In this document: piece by piece, positions 1 through 12,533 of the stretch
Layout: the number at the start of each line of letters is the position of its first letter
Numbering within the stretch: position 1 is the stretch's first letter
Notes under the pieces: model-generated
Seen by the model: only the letters and a program-made list of their open reading frames with translations
Database searches by the model: none
What the model was told of the DNA's origin: nothing
Assembly (NCBI RefSeq): GCF_009914755.1
Contig: NC_060926.1
Length of the DNA stretch: 64,000 nt
Source of the DNA: the human T2T-CHM13v2.0 reference genome, Homo sapiens
Strand: one strand, 5' to 3'
Translations under genes and position numbers: made by a program

Positions 1-10
1 ACATAACCAT

Positions 11-95
11 TTGGGGAAACTCAGGCTCAGACAAGCTAAATGACATGGCCAAGTTGATACAAGTCTAAATAATATAGCCAGGCCTGGAGCTCCAG
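11..95 (-). mobile_element. MIR SINE fragment
   Basis: ggggaaactcaggctcagacaagctaaatgacatggccaag resembles the reverse-complemented MIR core (gaggaaactgaggctcagagaggttaagtgacttgcccaagg). Confidence 0.6.
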
Positions 96-375
96 CACAC
101 TTGCTCCCCCTTCTCTATTCTGTGTTTGAAAAGACACAAAGCAGGGACTTTGTGTCACACCGCCCTGCACCCTGATCACAGGGGGAGAAGAGAGGCAGGG
201 TCTCCTTGCTGTGACTCCCAGAGAGAGGTGGGGGAAGCTTGCCATTCCCCGGAACTTCCCAGCCTGTACAACCATGGGCTAAAGAAACCTGTTTTTTTTT
301 TAAATAATAAATTATCCAACACCCATTCTAGCAACACCCAACAGACCATATAGATGGGAAGGCGAATTACAATGG

Positions 376-398
376 AAACAAACAAACAAACAAACAAA
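376..398. repeat. (AAAC)n microsatellite
   Basis: Direct reading: aaacaaacaaacaaacaaacaaa. Confidence 0.85.
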
Positions 399-490
399 AG
401 AAGCAAATAGCTATTAGCAAAACTGTCCATAAATGAGATGGGCTGACTCAGAGAGTTGCATGTTCTCTGTCACAGGAAGACCACTTGAGA

Positions 491-1502
491 GTGATGATGG
501 TTATGGTGGTGATGGTGATGGTGATGACAGTGATGTGGTGGTGATGGTGATTATGGTGGTGATGGTGACAGTGGTGGTGATGGTGATGGTGATGATGGTG
601 GTGATGGTGATGAAGGTGATGTGATTGTGATTATGGTGGTGATGGTGATGGTGACGGTCATGGTGATGATGGTGATGGTGGTGATGGTGATGATGGTGAT
701 GGTGATGATGGTGGTAATAATGATGGTGGTAGTGGTGATGGTGGTTGTGATGATAGTGATGATGGTGGTGGTGATGGTGGTGGTGATGGTGGTGATGGTG
801 ATGATGGTGATAATGATGGTGATGATGGCAGTGATGGTGATTATAGTGATGACAGTGATGGTGGTGGTGATAATAGTGATGGTGGTTGTGATGATAGTGA
901 TGATGGTAGTAATGATGGTGGTGGTGATGGTGATGATGGTGGTGATGGTGATGGTGGTGATGGCAGTGATGATGATGGTGATGGTGACAGTGAAAGTGAC
1001 GGTGATGATGGTGGTGATGGTGATTATGGTGGTGATGTGATGGTGGTGGTGATGGTGATTATGGTGGTGATGGTGATGGTGGTGATGGTGATGGTGACAG
1101 TGATGGTGATGGTGGTGATGGTGATGGTGGTAATAGTGATGGTGGTGATGGTGATGGTGGTGATGGCAGTGATGATGGTGATGGTGGTGATGGTGATGGT
1201 GACAGTGATGGTGATGGTGGTGATGGTGGTGGTAATAGTGATGGTGGTGGTGATGACAGTGGTTGTGATGATAGCGATGGTGGTGATGATGGTGTTGGTG
1301 ATGATGATGGTAATGGTGATGGTGGTGGTGATGAAGGTGATGGTGATAGTGATGGCGATGATGGTGGTGATGGTGATGGTGATGGTGAGAGTGATGGTGT
1401 TGGTGATGGTGACAGTGATGGTGTTGGTGATGGTAACAGTGATGGTGATGTGATTATGATAGTGATGGTAGTGGTGATGATAGTGATGGTGGTGGTGATG
1501 AT
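491..1502. repeat. ~1 kb imperfect (GGT/GAT)n trinucleotide simple repeat
   Basis: Continuous gtgatggtggtgatg-type triplets; source of the poly-M/V and poly-P/S pseudo-ORFs. Confidence 0.97.
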
Positions 1503-2959
1503 GAACTTAAACATTCTTAACATCCTTAATGTTCATGTTATTTTAACAATGAACAAAGCATTCCTTTCCATACCCAACTGATACTTGCACCAGCCCTTTG
1601 TGGGTGTGCTCATGTGTGTTAACATCCAGCAGAGTGAATGAGGCTGAAAGATATGGTCACTGGTGTACCAGAGGCAGAGTCAGACTTGGCTCAGGCCTTT
1701 CACTCCCAGCCCAGGGCTTTGTCCCCCTTGATCTGAGAGTGGCAGCACCTTGTGCAAACCAAAGGCATCTGGAAAGGCTTTTTCTGTGGATCCCACTGCA
1801 CAGGCCTGTGGCTCGGGAAAATGTGGCCACAGCCTGCACCCTCAGGCCTGGGACAATGTGGGGTGAGGAGCGGGTTTGCAGGAGCACGGTGTGGGCAAGA
1901 GTGTTTCCGTGGTGGGAGCCTGTGGTCGTGTATCTTGAGACCTTCCCCTCCCACAGTAGCAGCAGGGGGACAGGTGACGCTGTTTCCCCAGGATGGGCCA
2001 CGCCAGTCTCGAAGACCTTATCCTGGCATTCTGCGGACCTTTCCACTTTGCAGCCTGGCCCTTGAGTGTGGAGGCTGCCCTGGGTCCCTCCATTTCCAGG
2101 CTCTGCTTCCCCACATTTGCTGTGGCCTCCTCCCCTGCCTTTGGCCCAGACGGCCCTCCTGACGTCTGACACCAGCTGGCTGTATCCGCCTGCCCTCTGC
2201 CTGGTCATTCCTGCCACCTGTTTCAGTCATGGTAAACTAAGTGCTGCCAAAGCAAAGCCCCTCCCAGATGGCACTCATGTTCCTGCCAGGCACCTTGTCT
2301 GGAGGGGCCCGCATGCCACCACCTGCTCAGGGGTGTGCAGTCCCAGGTCCTGGTGACTGTTCTTCCCCGTTCTTCTCAGAGCTGCCTCCCCCTCCTCTTC
2401 GGCTGTGGCCCCCCTCCCATTTTGGGGTACAGCAGCCTCTGCACTAGCTGCTGCCTGCAGCCCCCCAACTGGCCGGTCAGCCTCTCACACTTTGCAGGTG
2501 GGTCCCCTCCCTACTGTCTGCCCTGCATGGCTCCTGGGCTCTCAGGGGGATGTACAGTCCCCTTTAGTAAATCTTCTTTTCTGCCTCTTTGAGGTTTTCG
2601 CTCTAGCCACACGGGCTCCTGAGTGGTCCCCAAATGTCCTCAATCTCTTGTGTCTCCAGGTACCCCCAGGCTTCATCCTCTGCCTTAACTGGTCTTCCTT
2701 TTTCCTTCACTTGAGAAACTCCCTCCATCCTTTGGGCTCAGGTGGGTGTCAGCCTGGGAAGCTGCCATCCTGACGCCCATTCCTCCCTCTGGTGGGCACC
2801 CCAGTGTCCTTCCATCAGGGTCTCTGTCACAGCCCTTGTTACACTAATGACAATTGAGGGCAGGGGTGGCATCCATTTACTGTCTGGCATGGAGCAGGTG
2901 ATCAGGGTTCTTATGGGGTGTGTAAATACAGGAGGGAGAGAATGAAGAATAAAAGGAAC

Positions 2960-3170
2960 TGGCCCCGGTCACATGGCTCCTCATGGCAGAGCTGGGATTT
3001 TCATCATTCAGCAAGTGTCTGCTGCGTCCCCATCTGGGCCCAGCCCTGAATTCAGAGCCAGTGCCACAGAAGCCAACCAGGCAAGCAGAGGTTCAGCCTG
3101 CCCCGGGGCATGCAGGCAACTGGAACGCAGGCCTTCAGACTCCTAGTTCAGTGCTCTTCCTGACATGCTG
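2960..3170 (-). mobile_element. Degraded MIR fragments with an L2 tail fragment
   Basis: ggtcacatggctcctcatggcagagctgggattt and cagactcctagttcagtgctcttcc resemble antisense MIR; tcattcagcaagtgtctgctg resembles an antisense L2 3' end. Confidence 0.45.
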
Positions 3171-3449
3171 CAGGAGGGTAGGGGGCTAACACGACCTGCG
3201 GGGGACGCTGCACCTTCAGCTTGAGTGAAGTGCAGTTGAGGGCCCAGCAGCCCTGGTGACTGGTTGCACTGTGCTCCAATCCGTTGGGGACCCCAAGCGC
3301 TCTGCATTATCTACTTCTTGTCTCTAAGCGGCCACTCTTAAGCGGTGAGGAGAAGACAGTGGGCCGGCTACCCATGCATGAGGTGAAGGCCTGCGGGAAC
3401 AGGAGAGGGAGCTGCTGAGCGGCTCTCAGAGGGCTCCTGGGCCGGGTCC

Positions 3450-3830
3450 CTGCCTTGCTCCCATCAAAGGGATGGCTCTGCAGTGACAGCACAGAGCATC
3501 AGACACATGCCGGCCCGGTGGGGCCAAGCCAGCCGCGCTATTAAGCAACAGCACCAGATCCCTTTGTTTCTCCGCTTCTTCCAAAGTGGCAAAAGATCAA
3601 GGCCCTGAGCTTGAAATAACAAAAGGGAACTAGCTTGCAGACTGCGCATCTGGAGGCCAGAAGGAGTTTAATAGCCGTGCTCAGGAGGGAGAGGGGAGGG
3701 GCTGGACGCCGGCTCATAAACTCTTCGCTGTGGCTCCCCAACCTGCTCTGCTCAGGCTCCCCGCGCCCGTCCCTGGTCCCGCGGCAGGCTCCCGCTTCGT
3801 CATTCGCGGGGCAGGTGGCATACCTTGCCC
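3450..3830. promoter_or_regulatory. Candidate enhancer (TCF/SOX/HOX motif cluster, CpG-rich)
   Basis: CATCAAAGG 3462-3470, CCTTTGTT 3561-3568, AACAAAAGG 3618-3626, CTCATAAA 3713-3720, plus retained CpGs; motif evidence only. Confidence 0.35.
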
Positions 3831-5890
3831 ATCAGCATGGGCACAGGACGTCTGGGCCTCTCTGCAGGTTCCCCATCCCTGCCAGCGCCCAGGTCTCCCT
3901 CTCTCCTCTCGGCCCCTTGCTCCTCTCAGAGTCCTCAAGTCCCCGGGTTAATGAGGATCTACTGCGGGGTCGTGGGAGTCTGACCAGTGACATGTGCAGA
4001 CACATGTCTGTAATTACTCGGGGCTGAGGAAAGCCAGCCCCCGGAGCTCTGTGGCCTTCCCCATAGACAGAGCTGAGCCGGGCGGGCCTCCCGGGGGAGG
4101 AGAGCCATGCAGGGCATCACAGCACCCACGGCCATGGTCAGAGGCCTGACCTCAGAGGCGGAGGCCTCTCACTCTCCTGTGGGTCCCCTGGTCTCTGACC
4201 TTTGGGGGTGTTTGCAGTGAGGAGCTTACACAGCACATGGTTCTGTGGGCTGACGTCTTCTCTGTACAACTGGTGAGAGGGGAGCCTGGAGTCCTGGGGG
4301 AGTGGGGCGGGTGGAGGGGGCTCCCTGCTGCCGTGCTTGATACTCACCATGAGACACCACCATGAAACTCACCCAAAGGCACCAGCTAACAAGGACCAAA
4401 AGGAAATGTTCACGAGGGGCTGCAGCCCATGCCAACATGATGTGGTGCCATCTCACAGCATTTGCCCCAGGCTGGGCCCACTGCGGTCACATCCCTGAAG
4501 GGCCTGGCCAGGTGGCGTTTCCGTCCCTGTTGGACAGAAAGCGGGTGGGTTGTTGTTTGAAGTCACACAGCTTGTCAGAGTCAGTGCTGAGATTCGAATC
4601 TGCACCTCCCTGACAACTCGGGCTTTCCCGAACCCCTCATCCCCTGAGATCCCAAGCAAAGGAATTATCCAGCCTGGTCCAATCCTTTCTTGGTGCATAT
4701 TTTCCTAAAAGGCAATTTGGAACCCGTCACTTCCCACCTCAAGAGCTGGCTGAAGCTCCCCTTTCTTGGCAGTTCTTTTGGATGGCTGGAGTGACAGATG
4801 ACCCGGGAGGCTGGAGTTGGTCACGGTGCAGCCCCCAGGGGCAGGCGGGCAGAACCGATGGGCACGCATGCCCTCTCTCCTGAGCGGGTGTGTGAACCCC
4901 AGAAGCTGGCTGTCCAGGCTCCTGGGCGGTGCTGACTGTGGGCTCAGGCCACCCATTGGCCTTCATTTGTTGGGCACAAGTGATCAGTTTGCCCTATCTC
5001 TAAGGTGCTTCTGCCAGGGGAAGGGGAAGGAAGTGAGGGCTGACACCTGGCTCATCGGTACCACTCGAGCCTCGTGGACTGGAGTTGCCCTGGGCTCCGC
5101 TGGACACATTGTACATTTTCAGGCTCCTCCAAGGAGCAGGATGTGTTTCCCCTTGCGTAGAATGGAGCTTGGGGCTTGTGCTTGTTCAGCCAATAGCTCC
5201 GTGGGGCCAAGGGAGAGGTTGGCCCTGTGGGATCCCCTGGTTCCTGAACTGCAATTCTTGGGTCACTTTTTACTAAGCAAAATTACTGGAATATCCTGGA
5301 TGTTAGGATGTCCTAGGAGGCTTTATCCTGGGGTGACTTTGCACCCTCCCAAGCCTTTGTTTCCTTCCTTTGTCAAGCTGGTGACCGGGCACTCCGTGTG
5401 TCTTTCTGTGGCCGCAGGTTCTTACTATGGCTCCCAGGCAGGTCACCCCATGACTTAGGGAGCTGTCGCTAGCTGAAGCCTGGTCGGGGGCAGGGTGGGT
5501 GGTTCAGCCAAGCTCTCTATATCTATTCTAGAGGTCCCAGGAGGTCTGCTGTGAGCCCCATCACAGTCCCATGCCCCTTCCTGCTGAAAGTCACAAATGT
5601 TGCCACGCATGAGTTGTTGCTGAGGCTCCTCAGGGAAAGCCCGTCCCACGCCGGTGCTGCCCTTGGCTTCTCCCTCCGTTTTGTTCTGGCGTCGGTGTGA
5701 TAGGTTCTACTTACATCCTCCAGAATTAGGCAACATTCTCTATTTCTAGTGCTCTAGGAAATATGTTCATAGTTCCATACTTACTTTGTTAATTTAATGG
5801 GATTTGTGGCAGAAGATGTAAACGCTTCAGTCTGCCATTTTGAATGGGAAGTCAAGTGAATTTTAAAGACAGGAAGAAAGGCTACAATTT

Positions 5891-6014
5891 GGCTGGGCGT
5901 GGTGGCTCATGCCTGTCATTCCAGTGCTCTGGGAGGCCGAGGGGGGAAGATCGTTTGAGCCCAGAGGTTTCAGACCAGCCTGGGTAACATAGTGAGACCT
6001 TGTCTCAAAAAAAA
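5891..6014 (+). mobile_element. FLAM (free left Alu monomer)
   Basis: A single Alu left arm (ggctgggcgtggtggctcatgcc...gagaccttgtctc) followed directly by an A-tail; degraded TSD-like flanks ggctacaattt / gagtacagttt. Confidence 0.88.
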
Positions 6015-6417
6015 TTATATTAAAAAAAGAGTACAGTTTAAGGAACCACACAAATGCAGATTCTCTTAGACAGCTACAATTATTGTGGTTGAATAATATT
6101 TTGAAATATTAAGTGATTTAACTTGCCCAGCATGTCCTGTTGCCTTTTTTTAAATCAAGGGTTTTTTTCTACCCTGTTATTGGAAAGAGTGGTGGCCTGA
6201 GGAAGAGAAGACACAGCTGATCTTGAAAAGGGAAGTCGTCAGTCCATGGCTTTGTGGGCTGCCAGCATGGGGTTTCCTGGGATACTGGCCAACAATGGCT
6301 GCACCTGCAGCTGCTCTTGCCACGCTCAGTCCCCCGCGTGGACCATGGCCCAGGCCTCTATCAGTGTCTGGAAGGCGCCGGAGAGCAGTGCGGGTCTGAT
6401 TTGGGCTTGTGCCTCTT

Positions 6418-6427
<10 letters not shown>

Positions 6428-6448
<21 letters not shown>

Positions 6449-6736
6449 AGATGGAGTCTTGCTCTGTCATCCAGGCTGGAGTGCAGTGCTATGATCTTGG
6501 CTCAGGGCAACCTCTGCTTCCCGGGTTCAAACTATTCTCCTGCCTCAGCCTACGGAGTAGCTGGGACTGCAGGTGCGTGCCACCACACCTGGCTAATTTT
6601 TTTTTTTTTTGTATTTTTGGTAGAGATGGGGTTTCACTGTGTTAGCCAGGATGGTCTCGATCTCCTGACCTCGTGATCTGCCCATCTCGGCCTCCCATAG
6701 TGCTGGGATTACAGGTGTAAGCCATCGCGCCCAGCC
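6428..6736 (-). mobile_element. Full-length Alu (AluSc-like)
   Basis: Poly-T then both arms; diagnostic ttagccaggatggtctcgatctcctgacctcgtgatc; TSD tgggcttgtgcctct at 6402-6416 and 6739-6753. Confidence 0.96.
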
Positions 6737-7139
6737 TCTGGGCTTGTGCCTCTCAACAGTCTCAAGCGATGTCCTGGCATGAGGGATGGTGCCTCCAGGA
6801 CTCTGCTTCTTGGTCCTGGAGCTGGAGATTTTCAGGGGCCGATGGGCTCTGCCCTCTTCTGCTCTCAATTTTTGTCCATCAGGTGGGCTTGGCAAGTCCC
6901 CTTGACCTTTCTCAGGAAAACTTTGGTCCGTCTGGCCCTCCCCGACCTCCCCCCAGTGTCTGCTCCCTGCAAGGTTTCTCATGCCTTCCTACACACGCTC
7001 ACCTGGAATGCAGCCCTGCCCTTTTGTATCATGAATGTCCAGAGTAGGCACTGGCTCGAGGAGAATTGGTGAACACGCTAAGTAACTTCCCCAAAACTGA
7101 CAACAGGCACTGTAATTCCAGTTAGTGCACTGATCCCTG

Positions 7140-7490
7140 TGCAGAGATTCCAGATCTGGAGACTGTATGTGGCAGAATTTATCATTTGACATGTGTGGCA
7201 TTTCAAATAAGTAGGGAGAATTGAATACAAGATTTTAGATCACTGGCTCTCCATAGAGAAAACCATGTTACCTAAAAAGTAACATCTTTCTGCCAGTCCA
7301 TACGTACAATACATTCCATACGTACAATACATTTCATATGTACAATGCATTCCATACACACAATACATTCCAGCTGCGTTAAAGATTTAGGTGTAATAAA
7401 AAAAAACCTGAAAAATTCCAGAAGGACATATAGAGAGTATTTTTGTCTCCTTGGGGAGGGCAAGGTATTTTTAGCCAAGACATAGAAATT
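7140..7490 (+). mobile_element. Old L1 (L1M) ORF2 fragment
   Basis: atttgacatgtgtggcatttcaaat...gttaaagatttaggtgtaat...ccttggggagggcaaggtatttttagccaagaca parallels the 3' region of L1 ORF2. Confidence 0.65.
7297..7372. repeat. 18-bp minisatellite, ~4 copies
   Basis: tccatacgtacaatacat-type units at 7297, 7315, 7333 and 7351. Confidence 0.9.
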
Positions 7491-7549
7491 ACTGATATTA
7501 GGAACACGTTGGAGCCAATCCTGGTGTCCTGGAAACTGACCCAGCACAG

Positions 7550-7840
7550 ATTGACTTCTTTTTCAGGCTACGTGTTTTGTGGAGGTCGGCAGGGGCTCTG
7601 CTCTACCGAGACACCCAGGACCCAGGCTGATCGAGACTCTACCATCTGGGAGAGTAGAGCAGCGGAAGGGACCCCTGGGGGCTCACGCACTGTTTCTTCT
7701 GTATTTTGGCCCAGAGGTGACACACACCACTCTTGCCCAAACTGGTCCAGAACCAGTCACATGCTCCTGCTCTGGCTGTGTGGTAAGAACGCAGGACAAT
7801 GTGGAGACTGGGTTGAATGCTGAGGAATGTTACTCTCCCT
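7550..7840 (-). mobile_element. Old MLT1 (J/K-like) MaLR LTR fragment
   Basis: ggctctgctc...ggacccaggctgatcgagactctaccatctgg...cccagaggtgacacacaccactc...agaaccagtcacatg. Confidence 0.6.
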
Positions 7841-8524
7841 GCCACAGACTCTCTCCTGATACATTCTGACGTCAGAGGGGATGGTGACTTTCCTGGGAAG
7901 TGTTAACTAGCAGAATTGATCTGAGATGTAAGAATTCCAAAGAGATGCATAAGAAGACAAGGGAAAGGTTTCTAAGATTTACCTTCCAGACTGGATCCCA
8001 TCCCAGATGGTTTTATTGAAAGGATAACCAGTGCATGTGTCTGTCTGGGGGGAGGGACAGGATGCTTCCAAAATGGACTTGAGGGCTGGATGCCAGGTGT
8101 GGAATCAATGAAACTCAGGGGGCAGGAAGTGCATGGCATTAGGGGCTGGGTGTTGGGCCACCCGGACCTGCTCTCTAGTTCTTCCAAATCTAGTGAGAGG
8201 CTGCTCAGACCCTGTCACTTCTGCTGTAGAAGCTGATTACCCAGAATTGTGCTCCCAACAGACTAAATGTAGCAGGGGAGCTGTGATTCCCCATAAGAAA
8301 CTGGGGAACATGGGGTGCTGTCACAGGCTGAGAAAATGAACTCTTGGCAGCCAAAGAGGAATTAAAGAAAGCAGAGAGAGACAGAGAGAGAGAGAGACAC
8401 CCATGGGGCATAAGGCTGGAAACTGTCAGAGAATATGACAGGGAGGCATGACAAGCTAGCAGTTCATAGAGTGAAGCTAAGGAAATCACAGGAAAATGGG
8501 TGTTATTTATAAATGTACATACTT

Positions 8525-8828
<304 letters not shown>

Positions 8829-9559
8829 TTAAAATTAAAGGGGCTTCTTGTTAATCATTGGAAATGGATATAATCCAAAGTCCGTAGCTACTAGGCACCT
8901 ACCACCTTCATCATCATGGTACCATTTGAAGCTCCCCTCTGTGCTGGGGACCAATGGCTCTGAGACCATCATGGCTGTGCCTGGCAGTGCAGGAGCAGAG
9001 AGCTGACATGTGTGTCCCTCAATCAGAGACATGGATAAGATGGCACCCTGATGGGAGGGTGAGGGTCCAGAGAGCCAGTAAATCCACAGCCATGTGGCCG
9101 GTCATGGAACAAGATTGGCCAAGAAAGAAGGTTTTAGAAGGTAAGAGGTTCATTTCAGATCTTCCCTTAAAGGTGCCCTGAGGCATCTTTTTTAACAAGA
9201 GCACCAAAGAGGAGGTTTCTGGTAGGCAGCTCGCTCCTGAACGCTGAGCAGAACGGGCCGGCCATGCCAGGTGCTGCTTTGCTTTGTTTGAACAAAGGTC
9301 CTGGGGTCCTCACAGTGAGACACGGTTCTCACTTCCCATCTCTGCTCTCAAGGCCTTTGTGATCTTTGTGCTATCCTACTGAAGACAGGTAGAGGAGAGG
9401 AACAGAGGACCCCAAACAAGTCCCTGTTCAGCCTGGACACCTGGGAAAGGGAGGAGTGTGGAAGAGGGAAGGAAGTTAGCTGGGGGACAGTGAACACCAA
9501 TGTATGTGCAGATTCAATCAGCAGCGATCTGTGAGTCAGAGGCTCTCAACATGCTCCAA

Positions 9560-10160
9560 AGCAAAGCTGGGTAAACACTGCCACTTTTTGTTTGCGTTGA
9601 GTTAGCTGCCTGCAAGCATATTAGGAAACCCTGACAAAGAGCATTCTAAATGCATGTGGTGCCTTTGAGTTTATTTGTCTCAATTTATTCCAGTTACATT
9701 TGAGCATGACATGATTATACATCTCACACTGACTGAAGACTGTGGGCCTGCGTGGCAGGCAGGGGAAGAAGGGGGGAGGAAGAGGGTTTCCTAGCGCCAT
9801 CTAATTTAAAGCACCTTTAGCTGAGTGGTGCAGTGAAAAGGATGTGGCTAAAACAAATAAAAATCATAGCAGGATCAAAGTACACACACAAATTTATTCC
9901 TTCTGGAAGCAGCTTCTCTTTCCCTTTCCCCCTCTCTCCTTCCCTTGTTTTCCCCTCCTTTGAGTCCCAGCGATTCTTTCATGGCAGAACTCCAGGATGG
10001 CCTCGTCTCCTTGCAGCACAATCACAGTTTCATCTCTGATTGATGGGGCGAAGGCACCGGCACCGCGGGTTTGAAGGAGATCTAAGGGCCTTCCTAATTT
10101 CATGGTGGGCATGTGAAGTGTCACATTAATCAGCGCTCTTTATGAGCAGTTCAAAGAGTC
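9560..10160. promoter_or_regulatory. Candidate developmental enhancer (PBX-HOX, TCF, FOX motifs)
   Basis: TGATTGATGG 10037-10046, GTAAACA 9571-9577, ATCAAAG 9874-9880, TTCAAAG 10150-10156, TAAT cores; no recognisable repeat. Confidence 0.4.
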
Positions 10161-10286
10161 ATAGATGTTGGGAAGGTGGCTGTTTGAAGCACAGAGCCAA
10201 GGGATTTCAGGATTTTATCAACAACCTGGGGGTTCCACCTCCTCTCCCCAGTGCACCTCTTGCCTGACTGCTGGGTGGAATTTTAC

Positions 10287-10435
10287 ATGAGAATCATACG
10301 GAGCTAAAGGAACCTACGATACCATCCAGTTCCAACCCATACTTTACATAGGAATCAGCAGAGGCTGGGAGTCTCTCTTGGGGTCACACAGAAAGCCATC
10401 TAGTCTGGAAGCAGTGGGTTATTCAAGCCTCCTGG
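10287..10435 (-). mobile_element. MIR-family fragment
   Basis: agaatcatacggagctaaaggaacc...catccagttccaaccc...ggtcacacag. Confidence 0.5.
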
Positions 10436-10467
10436 TTGCGTGTGACAACTCAAATGAGGTTAAGCAC

Positions 10468-10835
10468 TGATATAGTTTGGCTCTGTGTCCCCAACCAAAT
10501 CTCATGTCGAATTGTAATTCCCAGTGTTGGGGAAGTGGGCTGGTTGGAGGTGATTGGATCATGGGGGCAGATTTCCCCCTTGCATTCTTGTGATGGTGAA
10601 TGAGTTCTCAGGAGACCTGGTTGTTTGAAAGTGTGTGGCACCTCCCTCTTTGCTCTCTTCCTCCTTCTCCAGACACATGAAGACGTGCCCGCTTCCCCTT
10701 TGCTTTCTGCCATGATTGTAAGTTTCCTGAGGCGTCCCCAGCCCTGCAGAACTGTGAGTAATTTAAACCTCTTTCCTTTATAAATTACCCAGTCTCAGGC
10801 AGTTCTTCATAGCAGCATGAGAATGGAATAAAACA
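10468..10835 (+). mobile_element. MaLR LTR (THE1D/MSTA-like), 5' LTR of a provirus-like element
   Basis: Starts tgatatagtttggctctgtgtcccc and ends ...ataaattacccagtctcaggcagttcttcatagcagcatgagaatggaataaaaca. Confidence 0.93.
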
Positions 10836-12424
10836 GTAAATTGATACTGGGTAGTGGGGCGCTGCTATAAAGATACTAAAAAACGTGGAAGTGACTTTGG
10901 AACTGGGTAACAGGCAGAGGTTGGAACAGTTTGGAGGGCTCAGAAGAAGACAGGAAGATGTCTTCCAGGAAAGTTGGAACTTCCTAGAGACTTGTTTAAT
11001 GGTTTTGACCAAAATGCTGATAGTGATGTGGACAATGAAGTCCTGGCTGAGGTGGTCTCAGATGGAGATGAAGAACTTTTTGGGAACTGGAATAAAGGTG
11101 ACTCTTGCTACATTTTAGCAAAGAGACTGGCAGTATTTTGCCCTTGCCCTAAAGATCTGTGGAATTTTGAACTTGAGAGAGATGATTTAGGGTATCTGGC
11201 AGAAGAAATTTCTGAGCAGCAAAGCATTCAAGAGGTGACTTGGGTGCTGTTAAAAGCATTCAGTTTTATGTACTCACAAATATATGGTTTGGAATTAAAA
11301 CTTATGTTTAAAAGGGAACCAGAACATAAAACTTAGGAAAATTTGCAGCCTGATGATGCGATAGAAAAGAAAAACCCATTTTTGGAGAAGAAATTCAAGC
11401 CAGCTAGATAAATTTGCATCAGTAACGAAAAGCCAAATGTTAATCACCAAGACAATGGGGAAACTGTCTCCAGGGCATGTCAGAGTTCTTCACAGCAGTC
11501 CCTCCCATCACAGGCCCAGAGGCCTAGGAGGAAAAAAGGGTTTCACGGGCTAGGCCTAGGGCTTTGCTGCTTTGTGTAGTATAGGGATTTGGTGATAGTG
11601 AGTTCCAGCTGTGGCTCAAGGGGCCAACATAGAGCTCAGGCTGTTGCTTCAGAGGGTGCAAGCCCCAAGCCTTGGTGGCTTACACGTGGTCTTGGACCTG
11701 TGGGTGTACAGGAGTCAAGAATTGAGGTTTGGGAACCTCAGCTTAGATTTCAGAGGATGTATGGAAATACCTGGATGTACAGGCAGAAGTCTGCTGTAGG
11801 GGCAAAGCCCTCATGGAGAACCTCTGCTAGGGCATTGAAGAAGGGAGATGTGGGATTGGAGCCCCCACAGGGAGTCCCCATGGGGGTGCTGCCCGGTTGA
11901 ACTGTGAGAGGAGGGCCACCGTCCTTCAGACCCCAGAATGGTAGATCCGCTGACAGCTTGCACTGTGCACCTGGAAATGCCTCAGACACTCAATGCCATC
12001 TTGTGAAAGCAAAGCCACAGGGGTGAAGCAGTCCAAGGCCATGGGAGCCCACCTCTTGCATCAGCGTGACCTGATGTGAGACATGGAGTTGAAGGAGATT
12101 ATTCTGGAACTTTAAGGTTTGGTTACTGCCCTGTTGGATTTTGGACTTGGGTGGGGCCTGGAGCCTCTTTGTTTTGGCCAATTTCTCTCATTTGGAATGG
12201 GTGTATTTGTCCAATGCCTGTATCTCCATTGTATCTTGGAAGTAATTAACTCACTTTTGATTTTACAGGCTCATAGGCGAAGGAATTTGCCTTGTCTCAG
12301 ATGAGACTTTAGATTTGGACTTTGGGGATAATGATGGAATGAATTAAGACTTTGGGGGACTGTTGGAAGTACATAATTGTGTTTTGAAATGTGAGGACAT
12401 ATTTTAAAGGGACCATGAATGGAA
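10836..12424 (+). mobile_element. THE1/MST internal region (MaLR-int)
   Basis: gtaaattgatactgggtagtggggcgctgct...ggaactgggtaacaggcagaggttggaacagtttggagggctcagaagaagacagg; degenerate MaLR ORF remnant (ELPRDLFNGFDQNADSD...). Confidence 0.92.
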
Positions 12425-12533
12425 TAACATGTTTTGGCTGTGTCCCACCCAAATCTCATCTTGAATTGTAGTTCTCATAATCCCCATGTGTCATGGGAGG
12501 GACCTGGTGGGAGGTAATTAAATCATGGGGGTG
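12425..12533 (+). mobile_element. Truncated THE1(B/C-like) 3' LTR, first ~110 bp only
   Basis: tttggctgtgtcccacccaaatctcatcttgaattgtagttctcataatcccc...gaggtaattaaatcatggggg, then an abrupt switch. Confidence 0.88.

Noticed and set aside
433-1523. Poly-Met/Val and Pro/Ser-rich (extensin-like) ORFs
   Set aside because: Translations of a trinucleotide simple repeat
10974-11336. 120-aa ORF with natural-looking composition
   Set aside because: Degenerate remnant of the MaLR internal ORF, broken by stops and frameshifts; not a host gene
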